From Heptranchias perlo (lineage: Eukaryota): DNA of 64,000 bases. Made by a program: the position numbers and the translations under genes. The notes under the pieces were generated by a model that was not told the DNA's origin, searched no databases, and saw nothing but the letters and a program-made list of their open reading frames with translations. The stretch spans positions 4,278,001 to 4,342,000 of the forward strand of contig NW_027139581.1 in assembly GCF_035084215.1 (NCBI RefSeq), read 5' to 3'. The stretch's first letter is position 1. Every line of letters begins with the position of its first letter. Positions 48,825 to 60,809 of the stretch are shown in pieces.

Positions 48825-49955
48825 GTGCTTTCAAAAGGCTTTTGATAAAGTGCCGCATGGTAGGCTTATCATCAGGATTGCGGCCCCTGGAATAAAGAGA
48901 GCAGTAGCAACATGGATACAGAATTGACTAAGGGACAGGAAAGAGAGATAACTGGTGAATGGTTGTTTTTCACACTGGAAGGAGGTGTCCAATGGCGTTC
49001 CCCAGGGGTCGGTGCTGGGACCACTGCTTTTCTTGATATATATTAATGACTTGGACTTGGAAGTCCAGGGCACAATTTGTAAATTTGCAGATAACACAAA
49101 ACTTGAAGGAGTCGTAAAGAGTGCGGAGGATAGTGATAGACTTCAAGGGAATATGGACTGGCTGGTGGAATGGGCGGATACATGGCAGGTGAAATTTAAC
49201 GCAGAATAATACGAAGTCATACATTTTGGTCGGAAGAATGAGATGAGGCAATATAACTTAGAGGCCAAAAGTCTAAAGGGGGTGCAGGAGCAGAGAGATC
49301 TGGGGGTGTATGCGCACAAATCGTTGAAGGTGGCAGGGCAGGTTGAGAAAGTGGTTAAAAAAGCATACGGGATCTTTGGCTTTTTTAATCGAGGCACGGA
49401 GTACAAAAGTATGGAAGTCATGAGAAAGCTTTATAAAACACTGGTTCGGCCTCAACTGGAGTATTGTGTCCAGTTCTGGGCACCGCACTTTAGGAAAGAT
49501 GTGAAGGCCTTCGAGAGGGTGCAGAAGAGATTTATTAGAATGATTCCAGTGATGAGGGTATTTAGTTACGTGGATAGACTGGAGAAGCTGGGGTTGTTCT
49601 CCTTGGAACAGAGACGGTTGAGGGGAGATTCGATGGAGATCATCAAAATCATGAAAGTTCTGGACAGAGTGGATCGAGAGAAACTGTTCCCATTGGCGGA
49701 AGGGACAAGAACCAGAGGACATCGATTTAAGGTGATTGGCAGAAGAACCAAAGGTGACATTCGGAAAATGCACTGCCCGAGGGGGTGGTGGCGGCAGATT
49801 CAATCATGGCTTTCAAAACGGAACAGGATATGTACTTGAAAGGAAAAAAATATCAGGGCTGCGGGGATTGGGATGAGCTGGAATGCTCTTGCATGGAGCC
49901 GGCACGGACCGAATGGCCGAATCGTCTCCTTCCGTGCTGTCTCCTTTCCATGTTT
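48825..49955 (+). mobile_element. CR1 LINE 3' fragment
   Basis: KAFDKVPH, PQGSVLGP, KFADN and LVRPQLEYCVQFW motifs. Confidence 0.9.
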
Positions 49956-50008
49956 CTCTCATTCAAATGGAAGAGGAGTGACAATGAGCAGTATCAAAAT
50001 GGAGCAAC

Positions 50009-50091
50009 TACCAGGAGTGGAGTTCGAACCCACGCGGGTATAAACCCATTGGATCTTAAGTCCAACGCCTTAACCACTCGGCCATCCTGGT
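50009..50091 (-). tRNA. tRNA-Leu(TAA)
   Basis: ACCAGGATGGCCGAGTGGTTAAGGCGTTGGACTTAAGATCCAATGGGTTTATACCCGCGTGGGTTCGAACTCCACTCCTGGTA is 83 nt with a paired acceptor stem, TAA anticodon, long variable arm, A/B boxes and a TTTT terminator ~10 nt downstream. Confidence 0.95.
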
Positions 50092-50747
50092 CTCTTCACA
50101 GTTTGGTGTGGTGTGTAATATTCTTGAGTCTCACTGCTTCATTTTCATTGTCAGTCAAAGTCCAGGATGAAATGATGTGTGGAGCGGGGAATGTGTGACA
50201 GAGAGAAACTCTGAGAAGCGTTGAAGAAGTGACACACACGCTCAGACACATGACACACACACACACACACACAGCCAGGTACACCTCTATGTGTGAGTGT
50301 GTGATGTGTCTGAAAGTTTGTTGAACTTTCCACGGGCCACTGTTGAAAGATGACTCACCGTTCACATTTCCATCTCTCTGTTCGTTAAGATCCAGAAGAA
50401 AGTGATGTGAGGTGCGAGGAAAAGAGTGATAAAGAGAGACCCTCAGAAAGAGAGAGATTCACTGGGACAGAAAGAGACTCTCTCGGTCTGTCTGAGTCTG
50501 TGTCAGTCTCTCTCCCTCCATCTGTCCAATACCCGCAGATTTGAGAATCACAGGGTCAAAGAAGGAAACAGATTGGAACACATTGAGCCTGTGTCCTGTT
50601 TCAAAACCGACTCCCAGGAAAACGGCTCCGGTAGAATCGTTAAATGGTCAAAGTTTTTCCGGCGAGTTTGACCTCCTCCCTGAGATGGGGAGACACGGGG
50701 ACGTGGGGCGATTAAAAGGCTTCAGAAAAATCATTTCGAATTGGATA

Positions 50748-50805
50748 TTCTCCATCGTGGTGAGATATCCCTCCTTATCCAGGGATTTAGCTCCCCGACG
50801 GGGAG
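50748..50805 (+). pseudogene. Highly degenerate tRNA-Asp remnant
   Basis: gtggtgag.tatcc...tccccgacggggag retains the D-arm and 3' end of tRNA-Asp. Confidence 0.45.
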
Positions 50806-51741
50806 GGAACATTTTTAAGAGGCCGACTACAATTTTTAATCCTTTGCCTCGCTTCTTCTTCAAAAACGACAGAGAGAAATAGAGCAGAAAAAGAATGAAA
50901 CAGGTGATTGTCATTTTCAGAATATTATTGAGCGGCGACTGTTTGGGGACTGAATTCTTGGGGCCCGTCTGTTGCAGAGCACAAATGTGTTCCGAACTGT
51001 TTCCTTCTTTGACCCTGTGATTCTCAGAGAGAGACAGAGGGAGAGAGAGAGAGAGAGAAAGGGGGAGAGAGAGAGACAGAGAGAGAGAGACAAAGACTGA
51101 TCCTGAGAGATTTAACGATTAAGCCTGTGTTTGCAATGTACCTGTGTGTGTGTGTCTCACTTTTTCTAACGTTTTCTGAGTGAGTCTCTGTTTCTCTGTC
51201 TTTCTCTCTCTGTCACTCTCTCCCGCTCTCCCCACATCACTTTATTCTCGACCTTGACGAACAGAAAGATGGAAATGTGAAAGGTGAGTTTTCTTTTAAC
51301 AGTGGCCCGTGGAAACCAGGGTCCAATTTCCCGTCTGGGAGGTTACAGTTTTATTGCCTTTAAAAGCTTCACTTTCATTCCTCTTGCAATTTATCTCCAA
51401 GTGGAGGTTTACCAGAAAGATCCCACATACAACAATGAAATGGATGGCCAGTTAATCTGCGTTTTGGTTTTGTTAGTTGAGGGAGGAAGGATAACTTCTT
51501 TAATAATGGATTCCAGCATTTTCATTTTAGACACACACATACACAGCCAGGTACACACGCAGACACTGATATACAAACAGATACACACACACAGGTACAC
51601 ACACAGAGAGACAGACACGTACGTGTAGATTGAAAAACAGAGATGAAAGGTCATCAAATAAATGGTTAAAATAGATTCACTGAACTTTCAAGCGTGTCTA
51701 ACGCCATCTTGGGTGAGTGTCCATTATGGATTTGTACCGAT

Positions 51742-51805
51742 TCCTCGGTCGTCTATATCCCCGCTTATCACGAGGGAAACCTGGGTTCAATTTTTCGACG
51801 GGGAG
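51742..51805 (+). pseudogene. Degenerate tRNA-Asp copy
   Basis: tcctcg..tatccccgcttatcacgagggaaacctgggttcaatttttcgacggggag aligns by eye to vertebrate tRNA-Asp(GTC) with a D-arm deletion. Confidence 0.65.
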
Positions 51806-51937
51806 GTTATAAATGTGCTGCCTTTAAAAGCTTCACGTTCATTTCTCTTGCAGTTTTCTGAGTGCTTCTCTCTCGTTCTCGCTGTCACTCATTCCCCCGC
51901 TCCCAACAGCGTTTTACTCAGGACCTCTGACTCACAA

Positions 51938-52876
51938 AGTAGGTTAGTAAGTTTGCAGATGACACCAAGATTGGTGGCATCGTGGACAGTGAAGAAGGTT
52001 ATCTAGAATTGCAACGGGATCTTGATAAATTGGGCCAGTGGGCCGATGAATGGCAGATGGAGTTTAATTTAGATAAATGTGAGGTGATGCATTTTGGTAG
52101 ATCGAATCGGGCCAGGACCTACTCCGTTAATGGTAGGGCGTTGGGGAGAGTTATAGAACAAAGAGATCTAGGAGTACAGGTTCATAGCTCTTGAAAGTGG
52201 AGTCACAGGTGGATAGGGTGGTGAAGAAGGCATTCGGCATGCTTGGTTTCATTGGTCAGAACATTGAATGCAGGAGTTGGGATGTCTTGTTGAAGTTGTA
52301 CAGGGCATTGGTGAGGCCACACTTGGAATACTGTGTACAGTTCTGGTCACCCTATTATAGAAAGGATATTATTAAACTAGAAAGAGTGCAGAAAAGATTT
52401 ACGAGGATGCTACCGGGACTTGATGGTTGACTTATAGGGAGAGGTTAGACAGACTGGGACTTTTTTCCCTGGAGAGTAAGAGGTTAAGGGGTGATCTTAT
52501 AGAAGTCTATAAAATAATGAGGGTCATAGATAAGGTAGATAGTCAAAATCTTTTCCCAAAGGTAGGGGAGTCGACAACGAGGGGGCTTAGATTTAAGGTG
52601 AGAGGGGAGAGATACAAAAGGGTCCAGAGGGGCAATTTTTTCACTCAAAGGGTGGTGAGTGTCTGGAACGAGCTGCCAGAGGCAGTAGTAGAGGCGGGTA
52701 CAATTTTGTCTTTTAAAAAGCATTTGGACAGTTACATGGGTAACATGGGTATAGACGGATATGGGCCAAGTGCAGGCAATTGGGACTAGCTTAGTGGTAT
52801 AAACTGGGCGACATGGACATGTTGGGCCGAAGGGCCTGTTTCCATGTTGTAACTTCTATGATTCTATGATTCTATA
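51938..52876 (+). mobile_element. 5'-truncated young CR1 (same subfamily as the two copies inside the provirus)
   Basis: Near-identical to the reverse complement of 15726-16665, with an (attctatg)n tail. Confidence 0.95.
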
Positions 52877-53124
52877 AAGTGATGGAAAATGACACAGAGC
52901 CGCAGAACTGGTCCAGTTATCAGCCGTCGCTCAGTGGGCAGCACTCTCGGCAGCGAGCACACAATCTGCTGAAAGAAGGCTTGTCTTTCACATTTCTATC
53001 TCTTTGTCAGTAAAGATGAAATGATGTGGGGAGCGGGGGAAAGAGTGACAGAGAGAAAGAAAGAGAGAGAGACACTCTGAAAAGCTTTGAAGAAGTGAGA
53101 CACACCCAGATAGACACACAGCCA

Positions 53125-54065
53125 TCATAGAATCTTAGAAAATTTGCGGCACAGAAGGAGGCCATTCGGCCCATCGTGTCCGCGCCATCTGAGAAATGAG
53201 CAACCCAGCCGAATCCAACTTTCCCGCATTTGGCCGGTAGCCCTGCAGGTCACGGCTCTTCAGGTGCGCATTCAGGTATTTTTAAAAATGAGTTGAGGGT
53301 TTCTGCCTCTATCACCCTCCAAGGCAGTGAGTTCCAGATCCCCACCACATTCTGGGTGAAAAAATGTTTCTACATTTCCGCTAATCCTTCTACCAATCAC
53401 TTTAAATCTCTGCTGCCTTGTTATTGAAGCCTCCGCTAAGGGAAATAGGTCCTTCCTATCCACTCTATCTAGGTCCCTCATAATTTTGTACACCTCAATC
53501 AAATCACCCCTCAGCCTCCTCTGTTCCAAGGAAAACAACTCCAAACTATCCAATCTGTCTTCATAGCTAAAATGCTCCAGTCCAGGCAGCATCCTAATAA
53601 ATCTCCTCTGCACCCTGTCTATTGTAATTACATCCTTCCTTTAATGTGGTGACCAGAACTGTGCGCAGTACTCAAGCTGTGGCCTAACTCGTATTTTATA
53701 CAGTTCTGGCATAACCTCCCTGCTTTTATATTCTATGCCTCGGCTAATAAATTGTAAACAATTTTACAACACCAAGTTATAGTCCAGCAATTGTATTTTA
53801 AATTCACAAGCTTTCGGCTAATAAAGGAAAGTATCCCGTCTGCCTTCTTAACCACCTTATCTACCTGTCCTGCTATCTTCAGGAATCGGTGGACATGCAC
53901 TTCAAAGTCCCTCAATTCCTCTACACCTTTCAGTATCCTCCCATTTATTGTGTATTCCCTTGCCTTGTTTGCTTTCCCCAATTGCATTACCTTTACACTT
54001 CCCTGGATTGAGCTCCATTTGCCACTTATCTGCCCATCTGACCAGTCCATTGATATCTTCCTGCT
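53125..54065 (-). mobile_element. CR1 3' fragment with a 62-bp insertion at 53752-53813
   Basis: RT C-terminal remnants and a tail at the left end. Confidence 0.88.
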
Positions 54066-54089
54066 TTCGTTTTCCAAACTTCACTGGAT

Positions 54090-55530
54090 ACAACCATATT
54101 GCCAGAGGATTGGAGGACTGCTAATGTTGCACTGTTGTTTGAAAAGGGACCGAAAGATAGGCCAGTCATTCTCACCTCGGTGGTGGGCAAATTATCGGAA
54201 TCAATTCTGAAGGACAGGATAAACTGTCATTTAAAAGGCACGGACTAATCAAGGACAGTCAGCACGGATTTGTTAAGGGGAGGTTGCGTCTGACTGACTT
54301 GAATGAATTTTTCGAGGAGGTGACAGGGAGGATCGATGAGGGTAGCGTAATTGATGTAGTCTACATGGATTTTAGCAAGGCTATTGACAAGGTCCCACAT
54401 GGAAGATTGGTCAAAAAAGTAAAGGCCCATGGGTTCCAAGGGAATGTGGCAAATTGGATCCAAAATTGGCTCAGTTGCAGGGAGGAAAGGGTTAACGTCG
54501 ACGGGTGTTTTTGTGACTAGAAGGCTTTTTCCAGTGGGGTGCCGCAGGGCTCCTGTATTAGGCTCTTTGCTTTTTCTGGTTTACATTAACGATTTGGGCT
54601 TAAACGTAGGGGGCATGATTAAGAAATTTGCGGATGACACAAAGATAAGCCGTGCGGTTGACAGTGAGGAAGAAAGCTATAGACTGCAGGAAGATATCAA
54701 TGGATGGTCAGATGGGCAGAAAAGTGGCAAATAGAATTCAATCCGGAGAATTGTGAGGTAATGCATTTGGAAAGGGCAAACAAGGCAAGGGAGTACACAA
54801 TAAATAGGATGATACTGAGAGGTGCAGAGGAATTGAGGGACCTTGGAGTGCATGTCCACAGATCTCTGAAGGTGGCAGGACAGGTGGATATAGTGGTTAA
54901 AAAGACATACGGAATGCTTACCTTTATTAGCCGAGGCATAGAATGCAAAATCATGGATGTTATGGTAGAACTGTATAAAACACTAGTTAGGCCACAGCTT
55001 GAGTACTGCGCACAGTTCTGGTCACCAAATTACAGGAAGGATGGAATTGCACTAGAGAGGGTGCAGAGGAGATTTAGTAGGATGTTGCCAGGATTGGAGA
55101 ATTTTAGCTCTGATGACAGATTGGACAGGCTGGGGTTGTTTTCCTTGGAACAGAGGACGCTGAGGGTTGATTTGATTGAGGTGTACAAAATTATGAGGGG
55201 CCGAGAAAGAGTGGATAGGAAGGACCTATTTCCCTCAGCGGAGGCGTCAATAAGCAAGGAGCATAGATTTAAAGTGATTGGTATTACTTTTAGGATTAGA
55301 GCGGAAATGAGGAAAAAAAATTCACCCAGAGGTTGGTGGGGGTCTCGAACTCACTGCCTGAAAGAGTTGTTTGAGGCAGAAACCCTTAACTCATTTCAAC
55401 AATACCTGGATGTGCACCTGCAGAGCTGCGGACCAAATGCGGGAAAGTGGGATTAGGCCGGGTGTCTCGGTTCTCAGCCAGCGCAGACAGGAAAGGCCGA
55501 ATGGCCTCCTTCTGTGCCATAAATTTTCTA
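54090..55530 (+). mobile_element. CR1 ORF2 3' fragment
   Basis: [15 protein letters not shown] and LVRPQLEYCAQFWSP motifs. Confidence 0.9.
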
Positions 55531-56399
55531 TAAACAATAAAATGTATTGAGATATTGGAGCAGACTGTAAATATTGTATTGGACATTGAAATTCCTCCAA
55601 AGCCGATGAATGAGATGAAGTGATAAAATAATGGGGTAACACTGGAACATAACAGGGGGTTGAAATTAAAGTAAAGAGGGGCATAGATATTTGGATTTTC
55701 AATGTGCAGGGTTAGGTTCCTTTGAGTTAAAAATTAAATTGGGCTGGGGGGAAATAATACTCAGCAAAAAATTATCCATAAGGTGGATATTAGCAACAGG
55801 ATAACTGGAGAATCTTTAAAGTCCATGACTTCTTGATAATATGGCACACCTTAGTTTCCTGTACAGGGTATTATGATTTTCTTTGTCTATATCATAATGT
55901 ATAATATTAACCAAATGAAACTTGGAGCAATATGTACATGTCTTTCTGTGCTTATGTAAATCTGATGATGATAAAATATAAACTCAGGATGATCTTAGGC
56001 AGCCAAGGAGAAAGTTGAGGGTTAAAGTGAAAATTGAACCAGAGTGGTTTCACTCAGGTTCAAGAGGAGGGACTTTAAGAATATGGTTTAAAACTAGTTA
56101 AGTGTCCCACCTCGCATAGCTCGCATAATGCCCGAGACATTTAGCAAGAGGGTGATGTTGAGGGGGGCATGGTTCAGCATCTCAAGAGATGTGGTAACCA
56201 AAGACCTCCGCATTCCTCAGAGGAACAAATAGCTTGTAAACAGCGATAAAGGTTAATAACTAGTCATATCAGAATCACGTGGAAGTAATTATTGGAGGAT
56301 TAAAAACCCCTTTGTTGCCACAGTAACAGAAAAATCTGCTAATATTGTGTATCATTTGTCGTTCGGGTTCTAATTATTTGTGGTGCATTGACCACATTA

Positions 56400-57075
56400 A
56401 ACAGCTGACTGTTCGCAAACTTGGCGCCCGATTTGACCCTCAGCTGAGCTTCCAACCTCATGTCGTCTTCATCACCAAGACCGCCTACTTCCACTTCCGT
56501 CACATCGCCCGTCTCCGCCCTTGCCTCAGCTATCCATGTCTTTGTTACCAATAGACTCAACTATTCCATTGATCTCCTGGATTATCTCGCACGTTGCACC
56601 CTCTGTAAACTTGAGCTCATCCAAAACTTTGTTGCCCATAACCTATCTCGCACCAAGTCCCGTTCACCCATCACCCCTGTACTCGCTGACCCACATTGGC
56701 TCCCAATCCAACAATGCTTCTATGGCCTCACCCCTCCCTTTGTTTGTAACTTCCTCCAGCCCGAAAATCTCCTGGGATCTCTGTTCCTCTTGCGCATCCC
56801 CGATTTTAATCGCTCCACCATTGGCGGTCGTACCTTCGGCTGTCTACGCCCTACACTGTGGAGTTCTCTCCCTAAACCTCTCTGCGTCTCTATCTCTCTC
56901 TCCTCCTTTAAGATGCTCCTTAAAACCTTCCTCTTTGATTAAGCTTTTGGTCACCTGTCCTGATATCTCCTTATGTGTCTTGGTGTCAAGTTGTGTTTGA
57001 TAATCGCTTCTGTGAAGCGCCTTGTGGCGTTTTATTGCGTTAAAGGCGCCATATAAATGCAAGATGTTGTTGTTT
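56400..57075 (+). mobile_element. L2 LINE 3' end
   Basis: VRKLGARFDPQLSF, AYFHFRHIARLRP, HWLPI and FKMLLKTFLF remnants with a tail ctatataaatgcaag(ttg)n-like. Confidence 0.85.
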
Positions 57076-57213
57076 GTATTGTTAACAGAATTTAGCATGT
57101 GACTGCGGCGGACCATAACGTGAGAGGAGACTGCGAGGTGCGCCTGGTGACTGCACAGTCATTTCGCCTCTGGAGCTTGACATGAAAAGATAGAGGTCGC
57201 TTTTCTCTGATGG

Positions 57214-57265
57214 GACACTAGGTGGCGCAGTGGGTCCTTAACTGAAGGGTCCTGGGTTCAAACAC
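57214..57265 (+). promoter_or_regulatory. CTCF-like motif overlapping a pol III A-box/B-box remnant, just 3' of the IgM gene
   Basis: gacactaggtggcgcag resembles the CTCF consensus CCACYAGRKGGCRC. tggcgcagtgg and ggttcaaac resemble A and B boxes. Confidence 0.45.
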
Positions 57266-57829
57266 AACCCAAACAGGACGGATGCAAAATATCTGTCAGG
57301 GAAAAAGAATTGATATCGGCAAAATGTAACAATGTGGCTTAATCTTGGAGAAAGAAATTCAGCAAAGTCCAAATTAGTCCATTTGTCATTCAAGATTTAT
57401 TAACAATTTAAAAGTTTACAATTTACAAAGAAGTTTTAAAAAGTTAACACAAACTGAATGTAACAACTCAGTGTCACATTGAGAATAGAACAGAGCCGGT
57501 CTGAGCTGCCAGCTGTCTGCACAACTGCAACAGACAGCAGAGAAGGAAAACAGAGGCTCAACATAAAGGGAAGGAAACAATTGTGGATAAGAAATGAGAA
57601 AAAATATTTATTTACACATGAATTATTAAAACAAAGGTGAAAGGGGACTAAAACTCTAAGAATCATTTACATTATAGCGATGGTTATCTCACACATTAAT
57701 AAACATTTCAATCAGAAAGACGGAAATCCCGTTGATGTTTTTCTCAGCTATAGATGTCGATATATTAACTGACGGCGTTTCACTTTGAGATGTTAATAAA
57801 CAGATGTGCAAAATCCGAAATTCAACCGA

Positions 57830-57838
57830 TCACTTTAC
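57830..57838 (-). CDS. IGHM: IgM heavy chain TM2 exon (VK-stop)
   Basis: ttttatccctcttttgcAG|GTA AAG TGA. Candidate AATAAA signals on the minus strand at 57612-57607 and 57401-57396. Confidence 0.9.
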   Translation of the reverse strand, partial: VK

Positions 57839-57977
57839 CTGCAAAAGAGGGATAAAAGAATGAAGCAGATATTTAGTGGTCCGTGCATTTATCTCAGGGT
57901 TTTTATGAATGAAACTTTTAGAGGCTTTTCAAACCGCTTCATTCAGATCAAAGTGTCACTGGATTGAATCTTCTCAC

Positions 57978-58105
57978 CTTCACCAGAGTGACGACAGCGC
58001 TGTAGAAAATGCTCAGGAAGAACAGAATGATGAATGTGGAAGCGGTTGTCCAGATGTTGCCGCTCTCTTCCTCATAGTCTTCGACCCAGACCTGGTTTAT
58101 GGAAT
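57978..58105 (-). CDS. IGHM: IgM heavy chain TM1 exon
   Basis: (D)SINQVWVEDYEEESGNIWTTASTFIILFFLSIFYSAVVTLVK has an acidic spacer and a conserved antigen-receptor TM motif. Its AG/GT borders and phase match the internal Cmu4 donor. Confidence 0.93.
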
Positions 58106-59524
58106 CTACGGGGATGGAGAGGAGGAAATATATTCAGATCGTTTATTAAACCAGGATATATTATTATTATTTGTTTCTTTCTTTCCTCACTGTATTATTT
58201 TGGTCTCTAATTTAATTTCCAAGGTGTATCTTTTGTTCAGTTAATCCCGCTCAGTAATCTGTCTCTGTTCCTAACTTCACAGCCTCGCTTCCTTTATGAT
58301 CCTCATACATTCCGTGTTGGTAAAGGTGATTTTTTTTCTTAATTGTCAGACACGAATGTATTTTCAATCGATTTCGTAGATCGATCATTCGGGGATATTA
58401 TGGTGAGATATCGAGGGATGTTCAGTGATTTATGTCGATTATTTTATCGATAGGTTTCGATATCTCCTATTTGACGGCTGGCACGGTGCTGGGTAAGAGA
58501 TCGGATGTTAGTTCCAATCTTGGTCGTTTATTTGTGATGGAAATACTTTGAACATTATCTATCTGTATCAGTTTCCAACTGAGATCATTGCTTCAGTGCA
58601 TGTATAGGGAGCAGGAAGATGTTATGGTATCAAAGCTTCTCAGAATACCAAGAATTGGGTTTTAGAAAATCGGTCCATTTCGTGTATTTTTAACGATCAG
58701 TTCAGTGAGATTAGTTAGTTTTCCCACTTCAGGATATGAAAGTGGCTTTTCCCGGCTGTCAGAAATTCGGACAGCTCTGGGCACGGCCTGTGACAATGAA
58801 CGACCACCTGCTCTGGAATATTGATCTCCAGCGGTTTCCAATGTGCTCTGTTTCAGGGACAAAGTGTGGGTGCAATCGTTATCACCTCAAAGACTAGGTC
58901 AATGTAGTTTAGATTATTGACGCCAAACCTCTCATCTCAAGTTTAGTCAGGCAATGTTTTCTCAATCCCCCTGAATATATATTTTTATTCATAAATAGTT
59001 ATTTAATAAGTTGATTTATTTGATGTAAAGCGACGTTTATATTTGCAGACCATGTGGTTCTGTTATTTAGAAACTGACTGCCCGCTGGTCCCGGGGGTTC
59101 GTGGACAACAGAAGGGCAGTGTCTGTCTCTCTTTCATGAGGACAGGAGAGATGGTCTGTGCCGACCAATGCCCTTCCGTCACTACTGTCTACATTCAATG
59201 CAGTGAAGATAGAAATGCAACATTTTATTGGATAGAAATGATCCTCTGCATGTTGCTTTAATGGTCTTCTGTTAAATTAGTTGGAGTGGCCTCACACTGG
59301 TTCCCAACGGGCATCATCTAACAGCGCAAAACTGGCTTCAATCGGAAGAAATCGGTGTAATGAAGAAGAGAAGCCGCAATGTATTGTTTTTGTGGGAATT
59401 GGAAACAGCCATTGTATTGTGTTTGGAAGCGGTTTTCTTATGTTCGGGTTAAGGGTTCTGGTAGTGGAAGCACCTTTAGTCTGCATTTAGCTTGTGCTGT
59501 AAATAAGCTGGAAGGGCGGAATAT

Positions 59525-59905
59525 AGAAGGTTAACGGGTGATTTGAATGAGATTTTTAAGATTTTGAAAGGAATTGATAGGGTAGATAGAGAGAAACTTT
59601 TCCCGCTGGCGGGGGAGTCTAGGACAAGGGGACATAACCTTAAAATCAGAGCCAGGCCATTCAGGAGAGAAGTTCGGAAACATTTCTTCACACACCGGGT
59701 GGGAGAAGTGTGGAACTCTCTCCCACAAAAAGCAGTCGATGCTCAATTAATAATTTTAAAGCTGATTTATTTTTGCTAACCAAGGGTATTAAGGGATCTG
59801 GAGCCAAGGCGGGTGGATGGAGTTCGGATACAGATCAGCCATGATCTCAATGAATGGCGGAACAGGCTCGAAGGGCTGAATGGCCTCCGCCTGTTCTTGC
59901 GTTCC
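59525..59905 (+). mobile_element. CR1 3' end in the Cmu4-TM1 intron
   Basis: FKILKGIDRVD and HFFTHRV remnants with a tail hairpin. Confidence 0.85.
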
Positions 59906-60049
59906 AACGGAATGTTGGCGCATTGGGTCTCCAAAGGGAACATATCCTGCTCCCGACTAACAAAAATAAATCAATTCCCATACATTTGACTCGTTAACAG
60001 AAAAAGGGTCTTTATTTGCTTTTAATTGAGGAATGGAAATGAGATAATC

Positions 60050-60441
60050 TCATTGACAAGAATTCACGGTGTCCATCAGTACAAGGGAAATGTTCACAAA
60101 ACTCGGTTTACCGCTCGATTTATTAACCGTTCTGCTCATTATCTTCAAGGGAATGGCTTCATGTCCGACCACACAGGAGTAAGAAGCACCGCTGGTCCAA
60201 TCCTCCGTCTTAATGGATAACATGCTGTACATGAAGAAGGAGCTACTGTCGTGCTCCGCCATCACCTCAGTGTTCTTGTAGCCGCTGGAATTCAGCGTCT
60301 TGTTATTAACGGTCCACTTGACAAAGATCTCTCTGGGAGAGAAACCTCTCACTAAGCAGGTGAGGGTCATAGACCGCTGAGCGGAGATTTCTTCTGCTAA
60401 CGGGAGGAGGACAAACACAGACGGTTCATGTGGATTTGGAT
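60050..60441 (-). CDS. IGHM: IgM heavy chain last constant domain (Cmu4) with secretory tailpiece
   Basis: C1-set motifs [17 protein letters not shown] and YSCVVGHEA, typical of shark Cmu4. Tail [20 protein letters not shown] has an NIS glycosylation site and a penultimate Cys. Acceptor at 60443-60442, internal donor AGCG|GTAAA at 60111 for the membrane form, and AATAAA at 60016-60011. Confidence 0.95.
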
Positions 60442-60809
60442 CTACAGAAAAAAATGTTTGGATATTAATAAGTGAGAGGCGATCATAGAGGGAATAAAGC
60501 GCAGCTTTAGGTTGTGAAGATTCACTTTGCACTCGGAGATATCGTTCCCTTGCCTAATTTTAAAAACTCTGTTTGTTGCTTTGTGCACGAGTCACTTAAG
60601 GTGACATCTCCCCTCTCCTCTACGTGCCTTGAGAAGGCCATCGTTTGAGAAATGTAACTGAGTGGCTTGTAGATAATTTGACAGGACAACTCCATCGTCC
60701 TGGAGCAAAGCCACATGTGCCGAAGATCGCATAGGGGTGATAGCCTCCCTTCGGATATAGACAGTAAAAGGAAAATGGACAAAAAGTTCGGATTTTTAAC
60801 AGTCAGTTC

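Noticed and set aside
55540-56390. AT-rich non-repetitive-looking stretch, possibly an old LINE or an IgM 3' enhancer
   Set aside because: I could not support any convincing protein motif or motif cluster by eye.
60050-60441. IgW or IgNAR identity
   Set aside because: The domain and tail sequences ([38 protein letters not shown]) match my recollection of shark IgM Cmu4.
60442-60532. N-terminal part of the 160-aa ORF upstream of Cmu4 (likewise 33533-33563 of GPCR copy 2)
   Set aside because: It is intronic sequence upstream of clear splice acceptors.
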